A DNA stretch of 64,000 bases, taken from assembly GCA_051867975.1 (NCBI GenBank), contig JBJDZM010000079.1, forward strand, positions 44,122 to 108,121. The letters are read 5' to 3'. The position numbers and the translations under genes were made by a program. Of this stretch, positions 36,036 through 45,054 are shown one piece after another. Under the pieces are notes generated by a model. That model saw only the letters and a program-made list of their open reading frames with translations, was not told the DNA's origin and made no database searches. The stretch comes from Eubacteriales bacterium (GTDB taxonomy: Bacteria > Bacillota > Clostridia > Oscillospirales > CAG-272). Each line of letters begins with the position of its first letter. The first letter of the stretch is position 1.

Positions 36036-37022
36036 ATGAAACACATTCTTTTGATTACAACGGGCGGAACAATTGCATCCTCAGACAGCGAAAACGGTCT
36101 TGTACCGGCGCTTGCATCCGAGCAACTTTTATCTCACGTTCCCGAGGTCGGAAATATATGCAAGGTCTCCACTGTCGGACTGTACAATCTGGATAGCACC
36201 AATATGCGCCCCGAATATTGGCTTGAGATATCGCGTTATATCAGAAAAGTGTACGATGATTACGACGGTTTTGTTATAACCCACGGAACCGATACGATGG
36301 CGTATGCGGCATCAATGCTGCATTACTTGATACAGAACAGCAAAAAGCCCATCGTATTGACCGGTGCGCAGATACCGATAGAAAAAAGAGACACAGATGC
36401 AAGGGATAATCTGACCGATGCATTCAGATATGCCGCAGATGATTTTGCATGCGGAGTACACATCGTCTTCGGTGACAAGATTATCAGCGCAACAAGGGCG
36501 CGAAAAACGAGGACAAAGAGCTTTAATGCCTTTTCAAGTATTGATTACCCCGAAATCGGATTTATCCGCGGAGAGGTAAAGTATTACATTCACGAAAGAA
36601 TCGACAAAAAGGTCAGGTTTTACGATGAGATAGATTCATCTGTTATCGTCGTAAAGCTTATCCCCGGAATGAGCGCGGACATTTTTGACTTCATCGCGGA
36701 CAGATATCACGCGGTGATAATCGAGAGCTTTGGCGTTGGGGGACTACCGTATTACGAAAACGACGAATTTGTCGAAAAAATTGAAAAACTCATAAAAAAG
36801 GGAGTTCGAATCGTTATCACCACGCAGGTCCCGCACGAGGGAAGTGACATGGGTGTTTATCAGGTCGGACTCAGAATAAAGCAAAAATATGAGCTTCCCG
36901 AGGCATATGACATGACGACCGAAACGGTGGTTGCAAAGGTCATGTGGGCTTTGCCGCAGTGCAGGACCGCAACAGAGTTTTCAATGCTTTTCCATACTCC
37001 CGTCGGAAACGACATAATATAA
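36036..37022 (+). CDS. ansA: Type I L-asparaginase
   Basis: TTGGTIAS active-site motif and HGTDTM. 328 aa. Confidence 0.9.
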   Translation: MKHILLITTGGTIASSDSENGLVPALASEQLLSHVPEVGNICKVSTVGLYNLDSTNMRPEYWLEISRYIRKVYDDYDGFVITHGTDTMAYAASMLHYLIQNSKKPIVLTGAQIPIEKRDTDARDNLTDAFRYAADDFACGVHIVFGDKIISATRARKTRTKSFNAFSSIDYPEIGFIRGEVKYYIHERIDKKVRFYDEIDSSVIVVKLIPGMSADIFDFIADRYHAVIIESFGVGGLPYYENDEFVEKIEKLIKKGVRIVITTQVPHEGSDMGVYQVGLRIKQKYELPEAYDMTTETVVAKVMWALPQCRTATEFSMLFHTPVGNDII

Positions 37023-37024
37023 GA

Positions 37025-37062
37025 AAAAATCACGGTGCGTCTTTCCTCGCGCCGTGATTTTT
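37025..37062. terminator. Bidirectional terminator (ansA / 98-aa ORF)
   Basis: 12-bp stem AATCACGGTGCG/CGCGCCGTGATT flanked by A5 and T5. Confidence 0.75.
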
Positions 37063-37066
37063 GAAA

Positions 37067-37363
37067 TTATTTGTCTTCGGACAAGAACTTCTCATACCAG
37101 AACATTCCGTATGTGAACGCCTCGTGTAATCCGTTTTTGTCTGCCTGCTTTAAGATTGCTCCTGTTCCGGATTCGATTACCTGAATCAGTATCTTTCCCG
37201 GGACCTGAAGTCCGTTCTTTTCGGTATAGGACATTATCTCGAAAATGAGAACACATCTTTCGGAAAAATCTCCGTAGCAGATGGTGTCTTTTTCTCTGAC
37301 GAGAGGTCTGTTCTTGTAATAAAGGTACGAGCCTTTTGCCTGCTCGCGTGTTTCTGTTGCCAT
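37067..37363 (-). CDS. Small hypothetical protein (98 aa)
   Basis: ATG 37363 lies 5 nt after an AGGTGA RBS. It has its own consensus promoter (37424-37452) and a bidirectional terminator. No recognisable motif. Confidence 0.5.
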   Translation of the reverse strand: MATETREQAKGSYLYYKNRPLVREKDTICYGDFSERCVLIFEIMSYTEKNGLQVPGKILIQVIESGTGAILKQADKNGLHEAFTYGMFWYEKFLSEDK

Positions 37364-37423
37364 ATATGTCACCTGCCCGTAATAGGCGTATCCTTTCCTT
37401 ATTCATTTTGATATATCTGTTAT

Positions 37424-37452
37424 ATTATATCACGGAAGGGTATATAAGTCAA
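37424..37452 (-). promoter_or_regulatory. sigma-A-type promoter of the 98-aa ORF
   Basis: Minus strand: TTGACT, 17 nt, TGaTATAAT. Confidence 0.65.
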
Positions 37453-37483
37453 CAATAATTTCTAAAAATTTCTTCTTTATTAA

Positions 37484-38704
37484 CTATTTGATGACATAAG
37501 GGCGTGATTTTATGAAAAAATCCTCACTTTTGTTTGACGGAATAGCTCTTGTATAAAGAGAATCAGCGCCGTCGCTTATCTTCCTCTGAATAGTCTCTTC
37601 GGGGGCATCTGCGGGCTTTGTTACGATGGTAAAACCGCACGTTTTCCTGATTTGCGAGAGAAATTCACGTCCCGAGCCGTTTGCGGAGAGCAACGTCGTG
37701 TATTCGGGTACCGAGTGTGAGAGCCTGTCCGAGACACCTAAGAGAGAGAAGAGAATTACTCTGTTTGTTCTGGCATCGGGATATTTTGCAGTGTAGGAGC
37801 TTTTCACGAATTCATCGTATGTGACGGATTGACGTGCGGTATTGCAAAGTCTTTCACAAATACCGCAGCCGTCTTCCGCAATTTTGTCTCCGCCGCCCGA
37901 GCGCAATATTGCTCGGTCTTCGATCTCTTTGGGTGACATGAGTTTAAAAAATGACAGTATCTCCGTGCCTAAGTTTTTCGCAAAGACCGGAGCAAGACCT
38001 TGATTTTCTGCATTTGAAAGACAGTCAAGCGGCAAATCCGGAATGTGACCGCCGAGAAGCGACTCGAGGCTGTAGGCGCAATTTTTGATGCTCTCACGGA
38101 TTGCCGATGCGCTCGGCATGATTCCGCTCTTCAGTTTCTTTTCGTTGTACGCCGCGCCATCGCGCTTTATCGGGAGGATATCCAATTTGTAATTTCCTCT
38201 CTTTATCGCGGCGACGTAAGATATGCCGAGAATATCATTTGAAAGGAGGGAAATATCCCTTCCCGTTATCTCTGCTATCGCATCAAAATATGCCGCCGCA
38301 GAACCGCGACCGCTCTTTACATGTTTTGAGTAAATGTCTGAAAAATCCCCACGGAGCAGTGCATCCGCAGCAATCTCAAGCAGGGAGATGTCTCCGCACT
38401 CACTGCCGAAGCATATTGCCTTGACGCCGAGAGAAGCAAGGATGAAAACGCCCGAAGCGGCAAAGCCTTCCGCGGAGAAAGAAGAATATGGGAAGGGAAG
38501 CTCGAAAACGATGTCGGCACCGCCCAAAACCGCACTTTTTGCGCGCGTGTATTTGTCAAACAGAGCAAGCTCTCCGCGCTGAGTGTAATTTCCGCTCATA
38601 ACACACACAACGCAGTCGTAGCCCATGCCGTGGAGGATATCTATCTGCCGCTTGTGGCCCGTGTGAAACGGATTGTATTCGCAAATAATTCCTGCCGTGC
38701 GCAT
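37484..38704 (-). CDS. tmcAL: tRNA(Met) cytidine acetate ligase TmcAL (YlbM/DUF795 nucleotidyltransferase)
   Basis: MRTAGIICEYNPFHTGHKRQI is the HxGH-type motif of the YlbM family. The gene neighbours yceD-rpmF, as in B. subtilis ylbM-ylbN-rpmF. ATG 38704 has a GGAGG RBS. Confidence 0.8.
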   Translation of the reverse strand: MRTAGIICEYNPFHTGHKRQIDILHGMGYDCVVCVMSGNYTQRGELALFDKYTRAKSAVLGGADIVFELPFPYSSFSAEGFAASGVFILASLGVKAICFGSECGDISLLEIAADALLRGDFSDIYSKHVKSGRGSAAAYFDAIAEITGRDISLLSNDILGISYVAAIKRGNYKLDILPIKRDGAAYNEKKLKSGIMPSASAIRESIKNCAYSLESLLGGHIPDLPLDCLSNAENQGLAPVFAKNLGTEILSFFKLMSPKEIEDRAILRSGGGDKIAEDGCGICERLCNTARQSVTYDEFVKSSYTAKYPDARTNRVILFSLLGVSDRLSHSVPEYTTLLSANGSGREFLSQIRKTCGFTIVTKPADAPEETIQRKISDGADSLYTRAIPSNKSEDFFIKSRPYVIK

Positions 38705-38736
38705 AACGCCCCTCCTTAAATTCTTTGATATTAAAA

Positions 38737-38765
38737 AGTATATCATTTTTGTTTCGTAGTGTCAA
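38737..38765 (-). promoter_or_regulatory. sigma-A-type promoter of tmcAL
   Basis: Minus strand: TTGACA, 17 nt, TGaTATACT. Confidence 0.6.
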
Positions 38766-38819
38766 GTATAAGTTTTGGGAGCGTTTCGCAAAAAAATTGC
38801 CCGAAATTCAAAAAAACTC

Positions 38820-38848
38820 TTGACAAAACACGAAACATCATATATAAT
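38820..38848 (+). promoter_or_regulatory. sigma-A-type promoter of yceD-rpmF
   Basis: TTGACA, 17 nt, TATAAT. Confidence 0.7.
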
Positions 38849-38872
38849 AACTAAAGTCGCGTTTTATGTCTT

Positions 38873-39409
38873 ATGGAAGGAAGAAAGAGTATGGTATTGG
38901 ATGTTCGTCCGCTTCTCCGCGGAGAAAAGAACCGAATAACCTTTGACTATATGCTCTCTCCCATTCCCATGGACAGAGTAAAATTTAAAGACGATGCACA
39001 CGTCACGGGCGAGATAACCGACAGTGCAGGATATATGCAGCTGAGGGCGAAGGCTCATCTTGCGTATGAGACCGAGTGCGACAGATGCTTAGACCTTGTG
39101 TCGGGTGAATTCGTGCTTGATTTTGAACGTGTCGTCGCCGATGAAGGCACCTTGACCGAGGAACAGATAGAGGACAATATTGATGAGTACGTCATAGTCG
39201 AGAACGGAATGCTTGATATTGACGAGCAACTTTCGGAAGCCCTCTTGCTTGATTTCCCGAGAAAGATACTCTGCTCCGACGATTGTCGGGGACTCTGTCC
39301 CAAATGTGGAAAATCGCTCAACGGCGGCGACTGCGGTTGCCAAAAGAAGGAGATAGACCCGCGCCTGGCAATCCTCGCAACTCTGCTTGAGAAGAAAGAC
39401 GAAGAATAA
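38873..39409 (+). CDS. yceD: YceD/DUF177 family ribosome-maturation protein
   Basis: Sits immediately upstream of rpmF. The C-terminal CxxxCxGLCxxCG zinc-ribbon-like motif is CSDDCRGLCPKCG. An alternative start is ATG 38891. Confidence 0.8.
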   Translation: MEGRKSMVLDVRPLLRGEKNRITFDYMLSPIPMDRVKFKDDAHVTGEITDSAGYMQLRAKAHLAYETECDRCLDLVSGEFVLDFERVVADEGTLTEEQIEDNIDEYVIVENGMLDIDEQLSEALLLDFPRKILCSDDCRGLCPKCGKSLNGGDCGCQKKEIDPRLAILATLLEKKDEE

Positions 39410-39483
39410 CGCACAAAAAAGTTTAAAAAATAATTTATATAATCGACGGCATACATAAGTGTGCTTCGAGAGGGAGGTTCAAT

Positions 39484-39675
39484 ATGGCAGTACCGAAGAA
39501 GAAAGTGTCCAGCGCACGCAGAGATAAGAGAAGATCCAACAACTCCAAGCTCACAATGCCCGGACTTGTAAAGTGCTCCAACCCCGCATGCGGCGAGATG
39601 CTTAAGCCTCACTGCGTATGCAAGGTTTGCGGCTACTACGACGGCAAAAAGGTCCTCAACGTAAAAGAGGCTTAA
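39484..39675 (+). CDS. rpmF: 50S ribosomal protein L32
   Basis: MAVPKKKVSSARRDKRRS with a CxxC...CxxC zinc knuckle. Confidence 0.95.
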   Translation: MAVPKKKVSSARRDKRRSNNSKLTMPGLVKCSNPACGEMLKPHCVCKVCGYYDGKKVLNVKEA

Positions 39676-39694
39676 TTTGCAAACGTAATAAAAG

Positions 39695-39719
39695 AGAACT
39701 CCGAGAGGGGTTCTTTTTT
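39695..39719 (+). terminator. Intrinsic terminator of yceD-rpmF
   Basis: AGAACUCC-GAGA-GGGGUUCU hairpin followed by U6. Confidence 0.75.
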
Positions 39720-39754
39720 ATCATTATGTTATCAAAACATTTTTTATCAAACTG

Positions 39755-39783
39755 TTGCTTTTTGCCCCGAATGGGTGTATAAT
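39755..39783 (+). promoter_or_regulatory. sigma-A-type promoter of mrp-sanA
   Basis: TTGCTT, 17 nt, TATAAT. Confidence 0.55.
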
Positions 39784-39822
39784 ATCCTATGAAGTAAAAC
39801 AGAAATATCAAGGAGACAAAAA

Positions 39823-40665
39823 ATGAGTGAATGTACACACGATTGCTCGTCGTGTTCGATGGATTGCCCTTCAAAGAACGGCGGAATCCAAAAGGACGCG
39901 GCGAATGCAGGCAGTAATGTAAAACATATAGTTGCGGTAATGAGCGGAAAGGGCGGTGTCGGCAAGTCGCTTGTCACGTCCATGCTCGCGGTTCATCTTT
40001 CGCGCAAGGGATACAAGGTCGGAATACTTGACGCCGATATTACGGGTCCCTCGATACCCAAGGCGTTCGGCGTTCGTGCCGATGTTGAGGGCAACGAGGA
40101 AGGCGCTATGCTTCCGCCCGAGACCAAGACCGGAATTAAGGTCATGTCGGTAAACCTCATGCTTGAGGACGAGACGAGACCCGTTGTATGGCGCGGCTCT
40201 CTTATCGCCGGCACGGTTCGTCAGTTTTGGACCGATACCGCGTGGGGCGACCTTGACTTCCTTTTTGTAGACTGCCCTCCCGGAACGGGCGACGTTCCGC
40301 TGACCGTCTTTCAGAGCCTTCCGATTGACGGCTGCGTTATCGTCTCAAGCCCTCAGGAGCTTGTTTCGATGATAGTTAAGAAGGCGGCTAATATGGCTGA
40401 CATGATGAATATTGAGGTGCTCGGACTCGTCGAGAACATGAGCTACGTCAAATGCCCCGATTGCGGTAAGGAGATAAAGATTTTCGGTGAGAGCCACATA
40501 GAGAATATTGCCGACGAGTTTGGCTACGACCTGCTTGCAAAGCTCCCGATCGATACGTCGGTTGCATCTTACGTTGACAAGGGAATGATTGAATATATAA
40601 TCTGCGATTACCTTGATTCTGCGGCGGAAAAGCTTGCGGAGAAGTGCGCGCGCAAGGGAAAATGA
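39823..40665 (+). CDS. mrp: Mrp/NBP35/ApbC-family Fe-S cluster carrier ATPase
   Basis: Deviant Walker A SGKGGVGKS and CPxC-like CPDCG. Cys-rich N-terminal peptide ECTHDCSSCSMDCPS. Confidence 0.9.
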   Translation: MSECTHDCSSCSMDCPSKNGGIQKDAANAGSNVKHIVAVMSGKGGVGKSLVTSMLAVHLSRKGYKVGILDADITGPSIPKAFGVRADVEGNEEGAMLPPETKTGIKVMSVNLMLEDETRPVVWRGSLIAGTVRQFWTDTAWGDLDFLFVDCPPGTGDVPLTVFQSLPIDGCVIVSSPQELVSMIVKKAANMADMMNIEVLGLVENMSYVKCPDCGKEIKIFGESHIENIADEFGYDLLAKLPIDTSVASYVDKGMIEYIICDYLDSAAEKLAEKCARKGK

Positions 40666-40666
40666 T

Positions 40667-41305
40667 ATGAGACATTCCCATGCAACAGGTAAGGGAAAGG
40701 CTTTTGCCGTTATCATACGTATTCTTGCAGTATTGCTCGGCATGATTCTCCTGTGTGCCGTTTTCGTTCTCGGTATCAGTGCGTACGTAAGATTTTCGCA
40801 GGCAAAAAATGTGTTTGAGACTGCCGATGAAGTATCGGACAGAGAAGGCATTGACTGCATCGTCGTCCTCGGCGCGGGGCTTCAGCGTGACGGCACGCCG
40901 AGTCACATGCTTGAGGACAGAATCAAGGTCGGTGTTGAGGTCTTGAACGCAACGGGAGCGAAATACATTCTGATGAGCGGTGACAAGTCGGGCGAATATT
41001 ACGACGAGCCTGCGGCGATGAGAAAATATGCCGAGGAAATGGGCGTTGAGTCATCGAAAATCCTGGTTGACAATTCAGGCTTTTCGACTTTTGAGAGCAT
41101 CACGCGCCTCAAAGACGAATTCGGCTTTGACAACGTCGTGCTGATAACGCAAAAATACCACCTTTACCGTGCGCTTTACATAGCGGAGGACTGCGACATT
41201 GATGCTGTCGGTGTCAGCGCGGACTTAAGAACCTACCGAAATCAATTTGTTCGTGACATTCGCGAAATACTCGCGAGAGTGAAGGACTTTTTTATGTGCA
41301 TATAG
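40667..41305 (+). CDS. SanA/YdcF (DUF218) family membrane-anchored protein
   Basis: ATG 40667 is 2 nt after the mrp stop. An N-terminal TM segment is followed by VLGAGL...DGTPS..L..R and a DUF218 core. Confidence 0.75.
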   Translation: MRHSHATGKGKAFAVIIRILAVLLGMILLCAVFVLGISAYVRFSQAKNVFETADEVSDREGIDCIVVLGAGLQRDGTPSHMLEDRIKVGVEVLNATGAKYILMSGDKSGEYYDEPAAMRKYAEEMGVESSKILVDNSGFSTFESITRLKDEFGFDNVVLITQKYHLYRALYIAEDCDIDAVGVSADLRTYRNQFVRDIREILARVKDFFMCI

Positions 41306-41310
41306 GTTTT

Positions 41311-41342
41311 TCGGACTGCTTGGAAAAAAGCAGTCCGATTTT
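41311..41342 (+). terminator. Intrinsic terminator of mrp-sanA
   Basis: TCGGACTGCTT/AAGCAGTCCGA stem followed by TTTT. Confidence 0.85.
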
Positions 41343-41364
41343 ACGTTTATTCACAAATAAGTGC

Positions 41365-41393
41365 TTGAAAAAATATACAATAGGGTGTATAAT
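41365..41393 (+). promoter_or_regulatory. sigma-A-type promoter of the M16-M16-lgt-folD-nudix block
   Basis: TTGAAA, 17 nt, TATAAT. Confidence 0.65.
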
Positions 41394-41444
41394 ACATTGA
41401 TCTTGTTAATTTTGGAAGGAATGTCCCCCGGAGGACACAAGAAA

Positions 41445-42755
41445 ATGGAAATAAAACACAGCGAAATACATAACGGGAAAATTCGGCTTCACACCCTGCA
41501 AACGGACAGGTTTAAGATGTCGCGTTTTTCGATGAATTTTATAATAAAAAGCGACAAATACCTCACGCCGCTGTACAAGCTCATGCTCTCTGTCATGATG
41601 CGCGGCTCGGAAAAATATCCCACCATCACCGACATAAATAAGGCACTCGATGAGCATTACGGCACGTCGGTGTCGTACAGACAGACAAGAGTCGGAGACA
41701 AGGCGGTCTTCAAGCTCTCGTGCAAGCTGTTAAATCAAAAATATGTCTTTGCAGACGACAAAACAAACATTCTTGACGGTGTTCTTGAGATTCTTTCCGA
41801 TATTTTGACGCACCCGAAAAAAGACGGCGACGGACTTTTGCTCTCTTCTTATGTGGAAAGCGAAAAGAGAATTGCAATTGATGCGATAAACGCAAGGATA
41901 AACGACCCTAAGGCATACGCATCCGAGCAGTGCGCAAAATACATGTATGAAGGCTCAATATATGAAATTCACGGCGAAGACGCAGGGCTTATAAGTTCAT
42001 TTACGCCTGCGGAGCTTACCGAGCATATACTGAAGTTTTTTGACGAGGCTCAGATCGAGTGCTACTACATAGGCGATGAGTCGCATGAGAGAATAGCATT
42101 GCTTATAGAGCGAAATTTTCCATTCAACGTCGGCAAGAATACAGACATGTGCTACGCCGAGAGTGCGTTTGAAAGTAACAGAGAAGAGCCGAGATATATC
42201 GAGGAAGAAAAGGACGTGTCGCAAGGCAGGCTCGTGCTCGGATACAGGTGTAACACGGTTCTGTCCGACGGTGATTACTACGCCATGGCACTATTTAATG
42301 AGATATTCGGCGGAGGGTCTGTTTCAAAACTGTTCATGAACGTAAGAGAGAAAAAGAGCCTTTGCTATTATTGTTATTCATCACTTCACAGTGCGACGGG
42401 AACAATTTTCGTCGGCTGCGGCATAGACCCTTCAAAAAAGGACGATGCCATAAGGGAGATAGGCACACAACTTGATGCGATGAAGCGCGGAGACTTCACC
42501 GACGAAGAGTTTGAAACGGCACGGCGTACACTGATATCGGGTATAAGGCAGATAAACGACAGCCCGGCGTCTATCGAGGCATTTATGTTCAGACGATTGC
42601 TTTCGGGAGTATCCGAGACACCCGAGGAGGCATGCGAGAGAATCACATCCGTTACTCGCCGTGACGTGACAGAAGCGGCGCAAAAGGTCGTGCTTGACAC
42701 GGTGTATTTTTTGAACGGAAATGATGACGACGGGGAGGATGGGGAAGATGAGTGA
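41445..42755 (+). CDS. M16-family peptidase-like protein lacking the HxxEH zinc site (non-catalytic subunit)
   Basis: 436 aa from ATG 41445, with a GGAGGA RBS. It has insulinase-like length and a C-terminal domain, but no HxxEH anywhere in the N-domain. Confidence 0.75.
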   Translation: MEIKHSEIHNGKIRLHTLQTDRFKMSRFSMNFIIKSDKYLTPLYKLMLSVMMRGSEKYPTITDINKALDEHYGTSVSYRQTRVGDKAVFKLSCKLLNQKYVFADDKTNILDGVLEILSDILTHPKKDGDGLLLSSYVESEKRIAIDAINARINDPKAYASEQCAKYMYEGSIYEIHGEDAGLISSFTPAELTEHILKFFDEAQIECYYIGDESHERIALLIERNFPFNVGKNTDMCYAESAFESNREEPRYIEEEKDVSQGRLVLGYRCNTVLSDGDYYAMALFNEIFGGGSVSKLFMNVREKKSLCYYCYSSLHSATGTIFVGCGIDPSKKDDAIREIGTQLDAMKRGDFTDEEFETARRTLISGIRQINDSPASIEAFMFRRLLSGVSETPEEACERITSVTRRDVTEAAQKVVLDTVYFLNGNDDDGEDGEDE

Positions 42756-44034
42756 ATTTAAACTGTTCAGCTCCGACCTGCTCGGTGAAAAATACTATAA
42801 AACGGTACATGAAAGCGGACTCACGGTTTGTGTTTTCCCAAAAGATATGTCGACTACGTACGGAGTTTTTTCAGTGAATTTCGGCGGAAACATAACCGAG
42901 TACGAAAGAAATGGCGAGAAGGTCATCCTGCCCGAGGGATGCGCGCATTTTCTCGAGCATAAGCTCTTTGACAATCCCGACGGGGGCAACGCGGACGATG
43001 TTTTTTCGGCTCTCGGCGCATACTGTAATGCCTACACCTCAAACGATAAGACCGCTTATCTGTTTTCCGCGACAGAAAACGAGGAGAAGTGCCTTGAGCA
43101 TTTGATATATTTCGTTACACATCCGTATTTTACCGATGCGACGGTAAATAAGGAGATAGGGATAATCGCGCAGGAGATCAGAGGCTGTATCGACGACCCA
43201 TACGACCGCTGTTACATCGGCATGCTTGAGGGGATGTATCATAACAATCCCGTCAAAAAAGAGATATGCGGAAGTGAGGAATCGATTTCACGCATAACCC
43301 CCGAAATTCTGTATAAATGCTGTGAGGATTTCTATACGCCTTCAAATATGGTGCTTTGCGTCAGCGGAAGACTATTACCCGAAAAGGTCTTGGAGATAGT
43401 TGACCGAACACTTGAGGGAAAGCCTGCAACAGCACCCGAGACGGTCGGTTTTTCCGAGCCGTGCGAGGTCGTGACTCCTTATGTTAAAAGGGAAATGCCG
43501 GTAGGCAAGCCGATATTCGCAATCGGCATCAAGGATTGCAATATTCCGCGTGATCCGCGTGAGAGATACAAGCGAGCGGAGACGGCAAACATACTCTTGA
43601 ACGCAATATTTTCCGAGGCGGGGGATTTTTACCTGCGCATGCTTGAGTCGGGGCTTCTGTCTCCGGGGTTCGACGTAGGATATTCTTCAAACGAAAAAAC
43701 CGCGTACGTCATGATGACAGGCGAGAGCGACGACCCCGAAATGCTGCTTTGCGAGATAAAAAAGCATATTTCAAAAAGTATCGAGGAGGGCATCTGCCAA
43801 AAGGATTTTGAACGCGAGAAAAAGTGCATGTATGCGTCGTACATATCCGATTTTGACCTCACGGAGGATATCGCTTTTTCGATGAATTCCTACACATGGG
43901 AGGGAGTCGATCTATTTGCATATCCCGACATTATCGGAGAGATAAAGTATGAGGACGTCAAGGATTTGTCTTTGGAGCTTTTAAAGGAAGAATATTTCAC
44001 GCTGTCGGTCGTAGCGCCGCAGAGAGAGGAGTAA
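42748..44034 (+). CDS. M16-family zinc peptidase (HxxEH-containing subunit)
   Basis: The HFLEH inverzincin motif occurs in EGCAHFLEHKLF. The start overlaps the previous stop by 8 nt (ATGAGTGA). Confidence 0.8.
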   Translation: MSEFKLFSSDLLGEKYYKTVHESGLTVCVFPKDMSTTYGVFSVNFGGNITEYERNGEKVILPEGCAHFLEHKLFDNPDGGNADDVFSALGAYCNAYTSNDKTAYLFSATENEEKCLEHLIYFVTHPYFTDATVNKEIGIIAQEIRGCIDDPYDRCYIGMLEGMYHNNPVKKEICGSEESISRITPEILYKCCEDFYTPSNMVLCVSGRLLPEKVLEIVDRTLEGKPATAPETVGFSEPCEVVTPYVKREMPVGKPIFAIGIKDCNIPRDPRERYKRAETANILLNAIFSEAGDFYLRMLESGLLSPGFDVGYSSNEKTAYVMMTGESDDPEMLLCEIKKHISKSIEEGICQKDFEREKKCMYASYISDFDLTEDIAFSMNSYTWEGVDLFAYPDIIGEIKYEDVKDLSLELLKEEYFTLSVVAPQREE

Positions 44035-44037
44035 AAA

Positions 44038-45054
44038 ATGCTTACGAAAACATTGGTTTCTTTTCCGGGACTTGGAATAGGCGAGTTTGATGTCGACAAC
44101 GTCGCCTTCAAAATCGGCGAAAATTTTTCCGTATATTGGTACGGCGTTATTATCACGTTCGGAATCGTGTGCGCGTTTCTTTATACGGCATTCAGGGGAT
44201 ATTACGAAAAAATCAAGACCGATGATGTTATTGACGTTGCGCTTTGGACGGTCATTCTCGGAGTTATAGGTGCAAGGCTTTACTATGTTTTGACAAGCCT
44301 TGACAATTACATTCCCGAGCCGTTTGACTTTTTTGTGTTTATGAAGAACGTGTTTAACCTTCGCCAAGGCGGACTTGCAATTTACGGCGGAATCATCGGC
44401 GGTATTCTCGGCATCGTCATAGCGACGAAAATCAAGAAAATGAGCACGATAAAGCTGATGGATATGGCAGCACCCGGCGTAATGCTGGCGCAGGCGATAG
44501 GCAGATGGGGCAATTTCTTTAACGGAGAGGCTCATGGGTGCGTTGTCCCCGAGAACAGTCCTTTGTATTTCCTCCGTATGGGACTTCTGCCTAATGAAGA
44601 CAGTGCATTTACCACTTACTATTATCATCCGACCTTCCTTTACGAATCGGTGTGGAATATTGTAGGATTTGTTATTATTCAGTTCTTTTACAAGAAAAAG
44701 AAGTTCAACGGTCAGATAGCCTGCATGTATCTTTCCTGGTACGGATTCGGCAGAATGTTCATTGAAGGACTCAGAACAGACAGCCTTTACGTGGGCTCGC
44801 TCCGCATCTCTCAGGTGGTAGGTCTCGTCTCCTTTGTTGTATTCGGAGCGCTTTTGATAGCAGGACTTATTTATTCAAGAAAATTCAATGATCCGAATGT
44901 AAAATTGAGTAAATTCGATGAAATGATAAAACCCGACCTTGAACTCAACCCTGTTTTCTTTGCGAAAAAGCAGAAAAAGGTAACAGTGGAAGGCACAAGC
45001 GAAGAAAAAACGACTAATGACACGGGAGACGGGAAAAATGGCGAAGATAATTGA
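44038..45054 (+). CDS. lgt: Prolipoprotein diacylglyceryl transferase
   Basis: Motifs Y...I..G......., GARLYYV, GGLAIYGG and GRWGNFFNGE. Confidence 0.93.
   Translation: MLTKTLVSFPGLGIGEFDVDNVAFKIGENFSVYWYGVIITFGIVCAFLYTAFRGYYEKIKTDDVIDVALWTVILGVIGARLYYVLTSLDNYIPEPFDFFVFMKNVFNLRQGGLAIYGGIIGGILGIVIATKIKKMSTIKLMDMAAPGVMLAQAIGRWGNFFNGEAHGCVVPENSPLYFLRMGLLPNEDSAFTTYYYHPTFLYESVWNIVGFVIIQFFYKKKKFNGQIACMYLSWYGFGRMFIEGLRTDSLYVGSLRISQVVGLVSFVVFGALLIAGLIYSRKFNDPNVKLSKFDEMIKPDLELNPVFFAKKQKKVTVEGTSEEKTTNDTGDGKNGEDN

Noticed and set aside
40613-40666. An N-terminal extension of the SanA-like ORF overlapping the 3' end of mrp.
   Set aside because: The extension is Arg-rich out-of-frame read-through of mrp. 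ATG 40667, 2 nt after the mrp stop, gives the expected TM-anchored DUF218 protein.
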